The notes: generated by a model from the sequence alone, not told the origin. Shown: positions 19,764 through 29,879, numbered from the stretch's first letter. The stretch is DNA of 64,000 nt from an uncultured delta proteobacterium (GCA_963734845.1 CAVTIS010000010.1:28795-92794), one strand, 5' to 3'. Made by a program: numbers and translations.

Positions 19764-20261
19764 TCAGTTGGCGAACATAACTTTGAGCTCTTCCATGATC
19801 TTCTCTTCAGGATGAGCCTTCGCGATGGACAATTCCTTGACTAGCAAGCTGCGCGCCGTGTCGAGCATCTTGCGCTCACCGAAAGACAGCTCCTTATCGC
19901 CCTTGAGCACCAGCAGGTCGCGCAGGACCTTGGCAATCTCGAGCGGCGAGCCGGTTTTGATCTTTTCCGTGTACTCGCGATAACGCCGATTCCACGTTTG
20001 GGTGTCGGCGTCGACTTTGCGCGTGCGCAGGATCCGGTAAATCTTGTCGACCACGTCCTTGCCGATCACCCGCCGCAGCCCGACTTGGGTTACGTTCTCG
20101 GTCGGGATCATGATGGTCATCTTCTCGGTGCCCAAAATCTTGAGCATATAAAATCGACGCTCAGTCCCCGAAATAACACGGCTCTGGATGTCCTCGATAA
20201 CCGCGACCCCATGCGCCGGGTAAACCACCTTTTCGCCTTTCTTGAATGGCAGATTCATCAA
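19764..20261 (-). CDS. carD: CarD/CdnL family transcription factor
   Basis: FKKGEKVVYPAHGV, TWNRRYRE, K.LSFGERKML; upstream of ispD as usual. Confidence 0.94.
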   Translation of the reverse strand: MMNLPFKKGEKVVYPAHGVAVIEDIQSRVISGTERRFYMLKILGTEKMTIMIPTENVTQVGLRRVIGKDVVDKIYRILRTRKVDADTQTWNRRYREYTEKIKTGSPLEIAKVLRDLLVLKGDKELSFGERKMLDTARSLLVKELSIAKAHPEEKIMEELKVMFAN

Positions 20262-20458
20262 TGTATTACCACGCGTTACGACCAGGGCGGACTGGATTTC
20301 GGGCCAGTTGGTGACGTAGGTTCACTACTGTCCGATCAGCGCTGGTTCAGTCCGCTTAGTATGGCACAAACAGTAGTATTTTGTAACCCCGGGCGAATCT
20401 TCAGCTAATTGGCGGGTAAATTCGCGATCTTGCGTATAATTGGCGGACTATTCGCGGA

Positions 20459-20929
20459 TCATTTTGGGGCTGGGCCGAGCGCGAGTTCCATCACGATGGC
20501 GTCTTCGCCGGGGCCGTAGTAGTTCGATCTCAAACGGCGTTCTTCGAAATTCAATTTGCGATACAGGCTGCGGGCCGCCACGTTCGAGCGCCGCACCTCG
20601 AGCGTCATCATCCGGATATCTTTCGCTTTTGCTTCGTTTATCGCCTCCACCATCAGCACCTGCCCTATTCCCCCGCGCCGAAGTTCAGCATGCACGGCCA
20701 GATTGAGGATGTGGCACTCGTCCACGATGAGCCATCGGCAGAGAAACCCTGCGACCTGGCCGCCAGACTCGGCCGGCACCTGGTCGACCACCATGATGCG
20801 CGAGAACGGCAGTATCAGTTCGCGCTTGAAAGATTCGAGGCTCCACGGCTGCGGAAACGCGAGCCGTTCGATCTCGAGGATGCGCGGCAGATCGCGGGCG
20901 GTGGCCTCTCTCACGCTGGTCGTCCTCAT
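20459..20929 (-). CDS. rimI: ribosomal-protein-alanine N-acetyltransferase
   Basis: IER.AF..PWS, HILNLAV, RRGGIG, LEVRRSN..A..LY, R.NYY..GEDA. Confidence 0.92.
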   Translation of the reverse strand: MRTTSVREATARDLPRILEIERLAFPQPWSLESFKRELILPFSRIMVVDQVPAESGGQVAGFLCRWLIVDECHILNLAVHAELRRGGIGQVLMVEAINEAKAKDIRMMTLEVRRSNVAARSLYRKLNFEERRLRSNYYGPGEDAIVMELALGPAPK

Positions 20930-20939
20930 CGGCCGCCTC

Positions 20940-21632
20940 TTAAGCGGCTTTGAAGACCACTATCTCGAGCATCTTGTCGCGCATCCGGTGCTTGAACGAT
21001 GTCACCGGCCGGTCGAATTCGACCCGGGTGAGGAAGTCGGAAGGAAACGACGCGGAGATGTACGACAGCCGGCGCATCGCGTCCCCCCGCACCCCGGCCC
21101 GCACGGCGAGCACGTTCCCGTGCAGAGTGACGGTATAGTCGTAGTCGGGCATCTCGTCGGGCAGTTTCCACAATTGCTTGAGCGAGGAGGCCGGTATTCG
21201 GCGCGGCATCTCGATCGCGACCAGGTAGGCGTTGGCATGCTCGACGACGGTGTAGACGGTACCGTAGCGGCGGTCGCGTTCGACCTTTTCGTCGTGCATC
21301 GGATTGCGGTAGCCGTCGAACGCGACGTGGCGGTCGGTGAGGGTGGCGGGACCGCGCATCCGGTCGAGCCGCAGGAGCCTGACCAACGATCCCCAGATGC
21401 TGCGATGGCCGCGGCGACGGCCGGCAGGTCCGCCCGGCTCGACCATCGCGAGGGCGCTCTGGAAGTCGCCTGCGGTTTCGCCGGCGAAGTGTTTTTCGGC
21501 GAGCGGTCCGGGGAGGGCGCTCTCGCCCCCGCCGGGGATCGCAGTCATCATCAGGGGTCCAGAATTACCTTCGCTTGACGCTTTTGGCGCCTGGGGTGGA
21601 GGCTGTTGTTCGCTGAGGTTGTCTGTCGACAC
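20940..21632 (-). CDS. hypothetical protein, possible alpha-crystallin/Hsp20-like C-terminal domain
   Basis: Host-like codon use; beta-strand pattern YLVAIEMP...VTLHGNVLAVRA...F.TRVEF...DKMLEIVVFK. Confidence 0.6.
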   Translation of the reverse strand: MSTDNLSEQQPPPQAPKASSEGNSGPLMMTAIPGGGESALPGPLAEKHFAGETAGDFQSALAMVEPGGPAGRRRGHRSIWGSLVRLLRLDRMRGPATLTDRHVAFDGYRNPMHDEKVERDRRYGTVYTVVEHANAYLVAIEMPRRIPASSLKQLWKLPDEMPDYDYTVTLHGNVLAVRAGVRGDAMRRLSYISASFPSDFLTRVEFDRPVTSFKHRMRDKMLEIVVFKAA

Positions 21633-21730
21633 GAGCGTGCGTGAGGCCGGCGATCTGTGTTTTGCGCCGGGATGGCGCGCGGTTCAAGGCTGACGATAGC
21701 CGTCGCCAGTTTTGGATGTCAACCGCGGGT

Positions 21731-21762
21731 CTAAGGCGCGGTAGCGATCGCGCGATGGAGGG
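21731..21762. repeat. left copy of 32-bp direct repeat flanking the island
   Basis: CTAAGGCGCGGTAGCGATCGCGCGATGGAGGG; 31/32 identical to 24672-24703. Confidence 0.95.
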
Positions 21763-21945
21763 ATGACCAAGCGTAAGCCCGTGTCGCTTTCGGGTTTCCC
21801 ACAAGATCGAATACGTGCACGCTCCCTTCCCATACAGTCGCTCCGTCAAATGTCTCTTTGACCGGCACTGATTGGACAAAGGTAGCGTGCCGCCGTGCTG
21901 CACCTCGATGGCATGTTTCAGTTCGATAGTGCTGACTTCGGCCAT
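21763..21945 (-). pseudogene. frameshifted and truncated small passenger gene
   Basis: MAEVSTIELKHAIEVQHGGT, then after a 1-nt shift ATFVQSVPVKETFDGATVWEGSVHVFDLVGNPKATRAYAWSS, ending at the left direct repeat. Confidence 0.7.
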
Positions 21946-23651
21946 CACAGCGTCCATATCTTCAAAGCCTCGATGGCGAGGCTCGATTGACGGTCATCAA
22001 TTTCTTCAGGTCCCCATTTACTGAATGCTCCGATTTCCTGGGTTATGAGCAATGGGCTGCTCTTATAAATGATTCGCTTTTCTTCAAAAGGCTTGTTGCC
22101 CATATCGACATTGTTTGTCGGGTCCAAGAGGGTCATGTTACCGAGCCGCTTAGCATAACCTTGGATAATCTCTTCCGGCAAATTCCATTCCACGGCGGGC
22201 GTGAGTGGAATTACGTGTTCCAAATTATAAACGGCTGTGTCTTCCAAGATACCGCCAAGATCGGGATTAGCTTGTCCTTCCTTGCTCAACTCAATTGCCC
22301 GCAAATAATATCGTGCTAAGTGCTTTTTTGAGACTCGCGCACGTCCCAACCCTTCTAGAAATTCTGCGTCGGTACGTACAATACTCTTCATGCGCTCAGC
22401 CAGCGCGGCCGTTGTTTTGACTTCTCCCTCTGTAATTTCTTTGGCGCGCAGGCCATAATGGCGGTCCAAGACACCAGCGCCACCACCACCCGCGATCAGA
22501 AACCGTACCGACTATGCCAAAAATAGTTTGAATGCCGCGGATGCTTCCTTCGGTGCGAACCGGCGGATAACAGCCAAAAGAAGCGGTCGAATTTGTTCCA
22601 ATTGAAGAATGCGCATGAGTATGTACAGATAACCCCGCGTATTCTTATCGAAGTCCTTCCAGCCGGTGTGTTCCAACGGTGAGAATAGCGCGGCGTAATC
22701 GATCGCGTCTGATGCAAGCGCGACGCTCATATCTACGGCTTGCTGACGACCCGCAACCTTCTCTCTGATTTTTTCTGCAAGTTCCTTTTCGACAGTTGGA
22801 CCATTATACGAAATCCAATAGTGTCGGAGATAGGTGAGCAGTAAGTCATCAACATCAAGAGATTCAAGAATACTAGCCATCGTAGCCCAATTCGGTGCAA
22901 CTTCGCTCAAACGATCCTGCGCTTTTCCAAAAAGGTAGTTTTTCAAGATATCTGCTTGAGATGCGCGGAGGCCCCGATCGTTAAGTGTCTCGAATAGCGT
23001 ATAGGCGTTGAAGTGATCGGGTACCTTGATTTCAATTATAACTGCGGACTCGCGCAGGAACCCTACCCATTCATATAGGCGTTTGGCTTGGTCTGGTTTC
23101 GAGTACAGCGCAACTATCTTTTTGATGTGGGCTCGACAGATTTTAATCGCTTGCGCGAGCCGCTCGTGCGACTCGCTTTTGATCTCAGCCATTCCTTTAT
23201 CTGCCTGATCCGGCGCAAGGAGGGCATTCTTTACAAAAAAATCGTTGTCTTCAGCATTCAACCGCAATTTCGGAACATGCTCGCCGCTCAATTCGTCAAA
23301 TTCAAGTAAAAAATTTTGAGTGTATTTGTTCGCAGCTTCACGTTCGTTCGGAGAACCATTAAACAGGTGATCCCGAATTGCCGATATTAGGATTGCCGTC
23401 GTTGCAAGACGTTGTTGACCGTCTGCGACTTCCCACTTTCCATCGCCACTGTGCGTCAGAACGATAGTCCCAAGAAAATATGTCTTGTTCTCACCCGCTA
23501 TCGCGTTGGAAAAGTCTTGGAGAAGCGTATTTACGTGACCCTCCTCCCATGCATAGGACCGCTGATTTAGCGGCACCCTCAAAGGATACTTGTTTAGTAT
23601 ACTTCCGATGCCAGATTCGCCGATTGCGATCCCGAGGCCGCCATTAGCCAT
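21945..23651 (-). pseudogene. GmrSD-like DUF262-DUF1524 nuclease interrupted by an in-frame TAG at 22512-22514
   Basis: QRSYAW, FLGTIV, DGQQRL, FETLNDRG (DUF262); LEHVIP and RLGNMTLL...N (DUF1524/HNH); both ORF pieces share a frame (LFLA*SVRFL). Confidence 0.85.
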
Positions 23652-23835
23652 TGTACAAGCTCCTTTCTTGCAGGAATGGAACCTGCTCACCGGCTTCTAC
23701 TAATTCACGTCGTGCCGCGAGGCGTAATCGTTCTCGTACCCACGCCGATAGAGCGACACCAGCCAAGTCCGCGCCTTTCTGAAAGGCTCGTTTCTCGGTC
23801 TCAGAGACCCTGAGCTTCATTACTTCAGTCTTCAT
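23644..23835 (-). CDS. small ribbon-helix-helix (DUF1778/MobC-like) regulator
   Basis: [32 protein letters not shown]: beta-strand plus two-helix pattern; divergent from the transposase. Confidence 0.75.
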   Translation of the reverse strand: MKTEVMKLRVSETEKRAFQKGADLAGVALSAWVRERLRLAARRELVEAGEQVPFLQERSLYNG

Positions 23836-23842
23836 GTTCGGA

Positions 23843-23907
23843 ATGTAGACCGTTTGTGGACACAAATCAAGTATTGTACTTGATTTGTGTACCTTTTGTG
23901 GCCACAA
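23843..23907. promoter_or_regulatory. divergent promoter/operator with a perfect 14-bp inverted repeat and TGTNNAC-like boxes
   Basis: ACACAAATCAAGTA-TTG-TACTTGATTTGTGT (23860-23890), flanked by TGTAGAC/TGTGGAC and TGTGTAC/TGTGGCC pairs at 11-bp spacing. Confidence 0.75.
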
Positions 23908-23930
23908 TGAGAGGTAGGGGGCGAACCGAA

Positions 23931-24353
23931 ATGAACCGTTTATCGCTGGGCCGCCAGACCCAAATAATCAATTGCCTCATCGAAGGTAACTCGATTCGCT
24001 CAACCGAGCGAATGACGGAGACGCATCGCGACACGATTATGCGCTTAATGGTGCAGATCGGCGATGGATGCTCGAAGCTTCTAGACGAAAGAATGCAGAA
24101 CCTGAACTGTCGTCGCGTCCAAGTCGTCGAACGGCAAAACCTTACGATGCGCATGAGCATGCGGCGCTTTACCAGACTTACAAACGCTTTCTCGAAGAAG
24201 GTCGAAAACCTTCGTGCCGCTGTGGCGTTGCACTTCGCTTGGTACAATTTCGTCCGCATACATCGGACGCTGCGTTGTACGCCAGCGATGGCGGCTGGCG
24301 TGGAGGATCGACTATGGTCGGTTGAAGAATTGCTGAACCAAGCTTCCGCCTAG
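23931..24353 (+). pseudogene. IS1-family-like transposase with in-frame internal deletion
   Basis: HTH ([22 protein letters not shown]) joined directly to [25 protein letters not shown]...YNF.R.H..L..TPAMAAG; the DE.W catalytic segment expected after RVQV is missing. Confidence 0.85.
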
Positions 24354-24366
24354 AGGGTAGCGCACA

Positions 24367-24642
24367 ATGCCGGGACAAGATGAGAAACCAGATCGCCGAA
24401 GTTGGTGGCTGAGAATATTTGGGCGCAGCATTCTTAGGGCCCTAGTCGGAGACTTTTTCAACTCCGAACGGAATACGGCGTCAATCATCGCGATCATGCT
24501 TGTTGGCACGCTCTGCTACGTCGTGGTCGCTAAAGGAAAATACGAATATGTCAACAATCTCATGAATCTCGTATTTGCGGTGATCGGCTACTACTTTGGA
24601 ACTAGGTCAAGGGTGACAGGCGACGAAGATGAGGGCTCGTAA
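24367..24642 (+). CDS. small two-TM hypothetical protein (element cargo)
   Basis: IIAIMLVGTLCYVVV and LMNLVFAVIGYYFG hydrophobic segments; ends just before the element terminus. Confidence 0.65.
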   Translation: MPGQDEKPDRRSWWLRIFGRSILRALVGDFFNSERNTASIIAIMLVGTLCYVVVAKGKYEYVNNLMNLVFAVIGYYFGTRSRVTGDEDEGS

Positions 24643-24671
24643 ACCTGTCGCATTCCAAATTAGGACACTAC

Positions 24672-24703
24672 CTAAGCCGCGGTAGCGATCGCGCGATGGA
24701 GGG
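24672..24703. repeat. right copy of 32-bp direct repeat
   Basis: CTAAGCCGCGGTAGCGATCGCGCGATGGAGGG, whose first C is the last base of GGACACTACC. Confidence 0.95.
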
Positions 24704-24853
24704 GGCGGCGATTGGCTTGCCTTGAAGAGATTGATTTGTAACGATGAGCACAATTTAGCGGTGGCAAATGCTTCGCGCGAGGACGCGATGCTGTTAGATT
24801 GCCTTCACATATTGAAAACCGATTGTACCGGTTTAGCCAGGAGGTGGGTTCGG

Positions 24854-25135
24854 ATGAAGAAGTTGTTGAGCGTGCTCGGAATTCTAGCGATCGGTGGCGT
24901 AGTCGCCGCCGGGTGCAGTTCTCAGTCTCAGATCGATCAGGCGACCTCGCAGGCTGACGGCAGCGCGCAGCGGGCCGCGACCGCGTCGACCAACGCGCAG
25001 AACTCGGCCAACGCGGCAGCGGGCTCGGCCAAGAACGCCCAGGAGGCGGCCGCGGGCGCACAGGACTCGGTCAAGCGCGCCAACGACGCCGTGGCCCGCC
25101 TGGAAGCGGAATTCGCGTCTTCCGTCACGAAGTAA
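24854..25135 (+). CDS. Lpp/OprI-like alanine-zipper lipoprotein
   Basis: AGGAGG RBS, lipobox AAGC, Ala-rich heptads, KRANDAVARLE, C-terminal Lys (SSVTK). Confidence 0.8.
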   Translation: MKKLLSVLGILAIGGVVAAGCSSQSQIDQATSQADGSAQRAATASTNAQNSANAAAGSAKNAQEAAAGAQDSVKRANDAVARLEAEFASSVTK

Positions 25136-25149
25136 CGATCAGCATCTGA

Positions 25150-25186
25150 CGGCGCAAGGGGATCGCTATCCTCTTGCGCCGTTTTC
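25150..25186 (+). terminator. intrinsic terminator after the lipoprotein
   Basis: CGGCGCAAGGGGA-TCGCTA-TCCTCTTGCGCCG-TTTT. Confidence 0.7.
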
Positions 25187-25246
25187 CGCCGTTTCCGCCG
25201 TTTCAACGGACCGGGTAATGGCAGCCCGGCCCGGGCGCGGCGCTCT

Positions 25247-25810
25247 CTAGCGCCGGTGCGCGGCCGGCGTCGGCGCCGACGTGGCTTGCTGTGCCGGGGC
25301 GGCGAGCGCGGCGCGCGCGTCGTCGCGCGCGAGCTCGTCGCTCTCGATACGCTGCTCGAGTTCGCGGAACGCGATAACGCTAAGGCCTTGAGCGGCGGCG
25401 GCCTGTTCGACGCTCAGGCTGTGGTCACGCTGCATCGCGCGGTAGACGGCGACGTATTTTTGGATTTGCTCCGGGGAGACGTTCTTGTCCGAAGTAGCGT
25501 CGTCGCCCGGCTGATCGTCGTCGCCCTGGGCGATTTGAGCGAGACGGGCGATCATCGGGTCGCGCGCGGATATCCGGATGAGCGCGCCGACGCGCGCGGC
25601 CATAAGCGGCGAGGCTGGACGCACGAAGAGCACCAGCGCCGTGAGACCAAGCAGCGTCGCGAAGAGCGCGATGGCGCACAACGCCGTCTGTATGGATGAG
25701 GCGGGCGCCGTCCCGATTGCCGAGGCGGAGGGCGTGCGCGAGCCCGCCGGCCGCGGATCCGATGGAGTGATGGCCACGGAGCTATCCTTGCACGCTGGGT
25801 GAGATGGCAC
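25247..25810 (-). CDS. membrane-anchored hypothetical protein (DUF4168-like)
   Basis: One TM followed by VSPEQIQKYVAVY...QGLS...F..L..RI..D helical pattern; start uncertain. Confidence 0.55.
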   Translation of the reverse strand: MPSHPACKDSSVAITPSDPRPAGSRTPSASAIGTAPASSIQTALCAIALFATLLGLTALVLFVRPASPLMAARVGALIRISARDPMIARLAQIAQGDDDQPGDDATSDKNVSPEQIQKYVAVYRAMQRDHSLSVEQAAAAQGLSVIAFRELEQRIESDELARDDARAALAAPAQQATSAPTPAAHRR

Positions 25811-25930
25811 AAAGCATGATACTACTGGTAACGCGCGCCAGCATGATTATGTTCAAGCGGGCTGTGCCGACCAGGCCTCCGCGTATAGGTGTGCGCATAG
25901 TCCCAAGATTCTTTTACGGAGATTTTTTCG

Positions 25931-27679
<1,749 letters not shown>

Positions 27680-27916
27680 TTCGGCTTCAATTGCCGCGGC
27701 CGGCAGTTTGAAATCGGCAATGGATAGCGCAAGGCAATCTTGAGTTGGAGCAGGTGGAGATATAAGCGAGCCTGATTTGCGGCAGCCCTCAACTTGTGTA
27801 TGATTTGTTATGTTCGTAACCAAACCGGCATGGTAGTAGCGCTGGAGATGTGACTAACTGGTTAGACGATCCAGGTTACGGCTCGTCGCCGACTTGTAAG
27901 GGAGGAAGGAATCAGG

Positions 27917-28345
27917 ATGGAAGGGTTAAAAGCTTCGAAATTGATCGTGTTTGCCGGGGCTGCACTGGCGCTGTCGCTGTTTGCTGGATGCTCCGGGCAG
28001 GACGCCGCGCAGAAGGCCCAGGCAGCGGCCACGCAGGCCGCCTCTTCAGCGCAGGGCGCTGAGGCTGCCGCCAACTCGGCGCAGCAGTCGGCCGCTGCGG
28101 CGCAGGCTGCCGCGACGCGCACCGAGCAGGCCGCGGCTGACGCTAAGGCCGCCGCCGATCGGGCCGAGGCAATCTCGATGAAGACCGAAGGTGGCCATCA
28201 CGTGATGCATCATCATCACATCGTGCATCATGTCCATCATCACGTGGTTCACTCGAGCTCAGAGGCTCCCGCGCCCGCGCCTGCGGACAGCGGCGCTGCC
28301 GCTCCGGCTCCGGCGCCTGCGGCTCCTGCACCGTCGACTCCGTAA
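27917..28345 (+). CDS. alanine-zipper lipoprotein with His-rich motif and Pro/Ala tail
   Basis: GGAGG RBS, lipobox FAGC, Ala/Gln heptads, HHVMHHHHIVHHVHHHVVH. Confidence 0.8.
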   Translation: MEGLKASKLIVFAGAALALSLFAGCSGQDAAQKAQAAATQAASSAQGAEAAANSAQQSAAAAQAAATRTEQAAADAKAAADRAEAISMKTEGGHHVMHHHHIVHHVHHHVVHSSSEAPAPAPADSGAAAPAPAPAAPAPSTP

Positions 28346-28362
28346 TTTACCAGCGCCTACAG

Positions 28363-28400
28363 AGGAAGAGGGCGGCTTAACGGCCGCCCTCTTCCTTGTT
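28363..28400 (+). terminator. intrinsic terminator
   Basis: AGGAAGAGGGCGGC-TTAACG-GCCGCCCTCTTCCT perfect 14-bp stem followed by TGTT. Confidence 0.75.
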
Positions 28401-28556
28401 GTGGGAGCTTCGCTTACATGCGACGGCGCGCGGCGAATTTTCCTGACCCCTCCTCGCTCCTTCTCGGGGTTATCTTGAGTTGAGCGAGTCTGCGACCGCA
28501 ATCGAAGAGATCTCGCGCGGCTGCCTCCGCGTTACGCAATGAACTTCACATATCAG

Positions 28557-28780
28557 TGAAGCGCTTCTTCTGCGGTCATCCCGAGCGGCGGCTGGTTCTG
28601 CGGTCATCCTTTTTCTTCTGTGATCTTCTTCTGCCATCCCGAGCGAAGGTCGCTGGAGGCGAGGGACCCCGGATCATTTTTGTGCCGAGGCACAGTGCGA
28701 TGGCATCGCAGAAAGGTGCGGGGTCCTTCGACTCGCCCGACGCTCGCTCAGGATGACAAAAAAAAAGAAGAGCGCTTCAG
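28557..28780. repeat. REP/MITE-like palindromic element (GTCATCC..AGCG family)
   Basis: GTCATCCCGAGCG / GCCATCCCGAGCGA ... GGGTCCTTCGACTCG ... CGCTCAGGATGACA. Confidence 0.8.
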
Positions 28781-28856
28781 CGAAAGAGACGTCGTATCGG
28801 TTCAGAAGAATCGCTCAGGGACCGCGCGGCCAAAAGCAATCTCGCGGTTAATTGGC

Positions 28857-29879
28857 CTAATCCCGAAACGTAACGATTACTTTGAGCGACTCGGGCTTCT
28901 GCGCCATCGCGTAAGCTTCGGTCACCCGCTCCAGCGGAAAGCGATGGGTCACCAGGTCGGCGGCGGACAGTATTGAACGCTCGACCAGGGCCATCGCCTC
29001 GCGCGTGTCGTCGGGACCGCACGAGTAGCTCGGCACCAGGCGGGTCTCGTTGAAATAGAGATCGTGCGGGCTCAGCGTCATCTGGTCTTCGGGCGGAGTG
29101 GCCGTGAACTGCACCACGGTGGCGCCCTTGCCGGCCGCCACAATACCCTGCGCGATCGCCTTGGAGCTGCCGGGGCCGACGATCACCACGTCGGCCATCG
29201 CACCGCCGGTTGCCTCGCGCACCTGCTCGACCAGGTTGTCGCCCGAGACCACCAGGCCCGCGTCGGCGCCGAGCGCGACGGCGCGCCGCGCGCGGGTTTC
29301 GAACAGGTCGGCGCCGATGATGCGCGCGGCCCCGAGATGACGCGCGAGCACGACGTGCATCATGCCCATGATGCCGAGTCCGATAATCAGGATACTTTCG
29401 CCGCGCTTGAGTCCCGAGCGGCGAAGCGACTTGACCACGCAGGCGGCCGGCTCGACCAGCACGCCGTCGGCGTCGGAAAGCGCGTCGGGCAGGCGCAGCG
29501 TGTCGCGCTGGTTGTGCGCACCCACCACGAAGTACTCGGCCATCCCGCCCGGCACGATTTTGCTCGCGCGCCAGGTCGCGCATTGTACGTACTCACCGCG
29601 CCGGCACGAGGCGCACTCGAAGCAGGGCGCATGATGGTGGACGAAAACGCGCTCGCCGCGGCGAAAGCCGCGCACCGCTGCGCCAACCTCCTCGACCACG
29701 CCGACCGGCTCATGGCCGAGCACCAGCGGCGCCTTGCGCCGGATGTACCAGGGCATGATGTCGCCCGAACAGATGCCGCAGGCGCGGGCGCGGATCAGAA
29801 TTTCGTCGGCGCCAGGGGCGGGACGGGGGTCCTGCTCGACGCGGATATCGCCGAAGTCGTAGAGCCGTGCAACTTGCAT
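28857..29879 (-). CDS. zinc-dependent alcohol/polyol dehydrogenase (MDR family)
   Basis: CGICSGD, GHEP.G.V, structural CxxCxxC...C, GLGIMG Rossmann motif. Confidence 0.9.
   Translation of the reverse strand: MQVARLYDFGDIRVEQDPRPAPGADEILIRARACGICSGDIMPWYIRRKAPLVLGHEPVGVVEEVGAAVRGFRRGERVFVHHHAPCFECASCRRGEYVQCATWRASKIVPGGMAEYFVVGAHNQRDTLRLPDALSDADGVLVEPAACVVKSLRRSGLKRGESILIIGLGIMGMMHVVLARHLGAARIIGADLFETRARRAVALGADAGLVVSGDNLVEQVREATGGAMADVVIVGPGSSKAIAQGIVAAGKGATVVQFTATPPEDQMTLSPHDLYFNETRLVPSYSCGPDDTREAMALVERSILSAADLVTHRFPLERVTEAYAMAQKPESLKVIVTFRD

Larger units (their letters stand above)
21763..24672. mobile_element. decayed IS1-like cargo element (GmrSD-like + RHH + transposase + small membrane protein)
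   Basis: Visibly AT-richer than the flanks; IS1-like transposase; right terminus CCAAATTAGGACACTACC; 32-bp direct repeats at both boundaries. Confidence 0.85.

Noticed and set aside
21731-21762. 32-bp direct repeat as attL/attR of an integrase element
   Set aside because: No tyrosine or serine recombinase and no tRNA; the right copy abuts an IS1-like terminus, which favours a transposase origin, though a lost integrase cannot be fully excluded
21565-21957. 130-aa ORF in the track spanning the left island boundary
   Set aside because: Chimeric: the correct N-terminus is followed by an out-of-frame segment and host sequence; reported as a pseudogene instead
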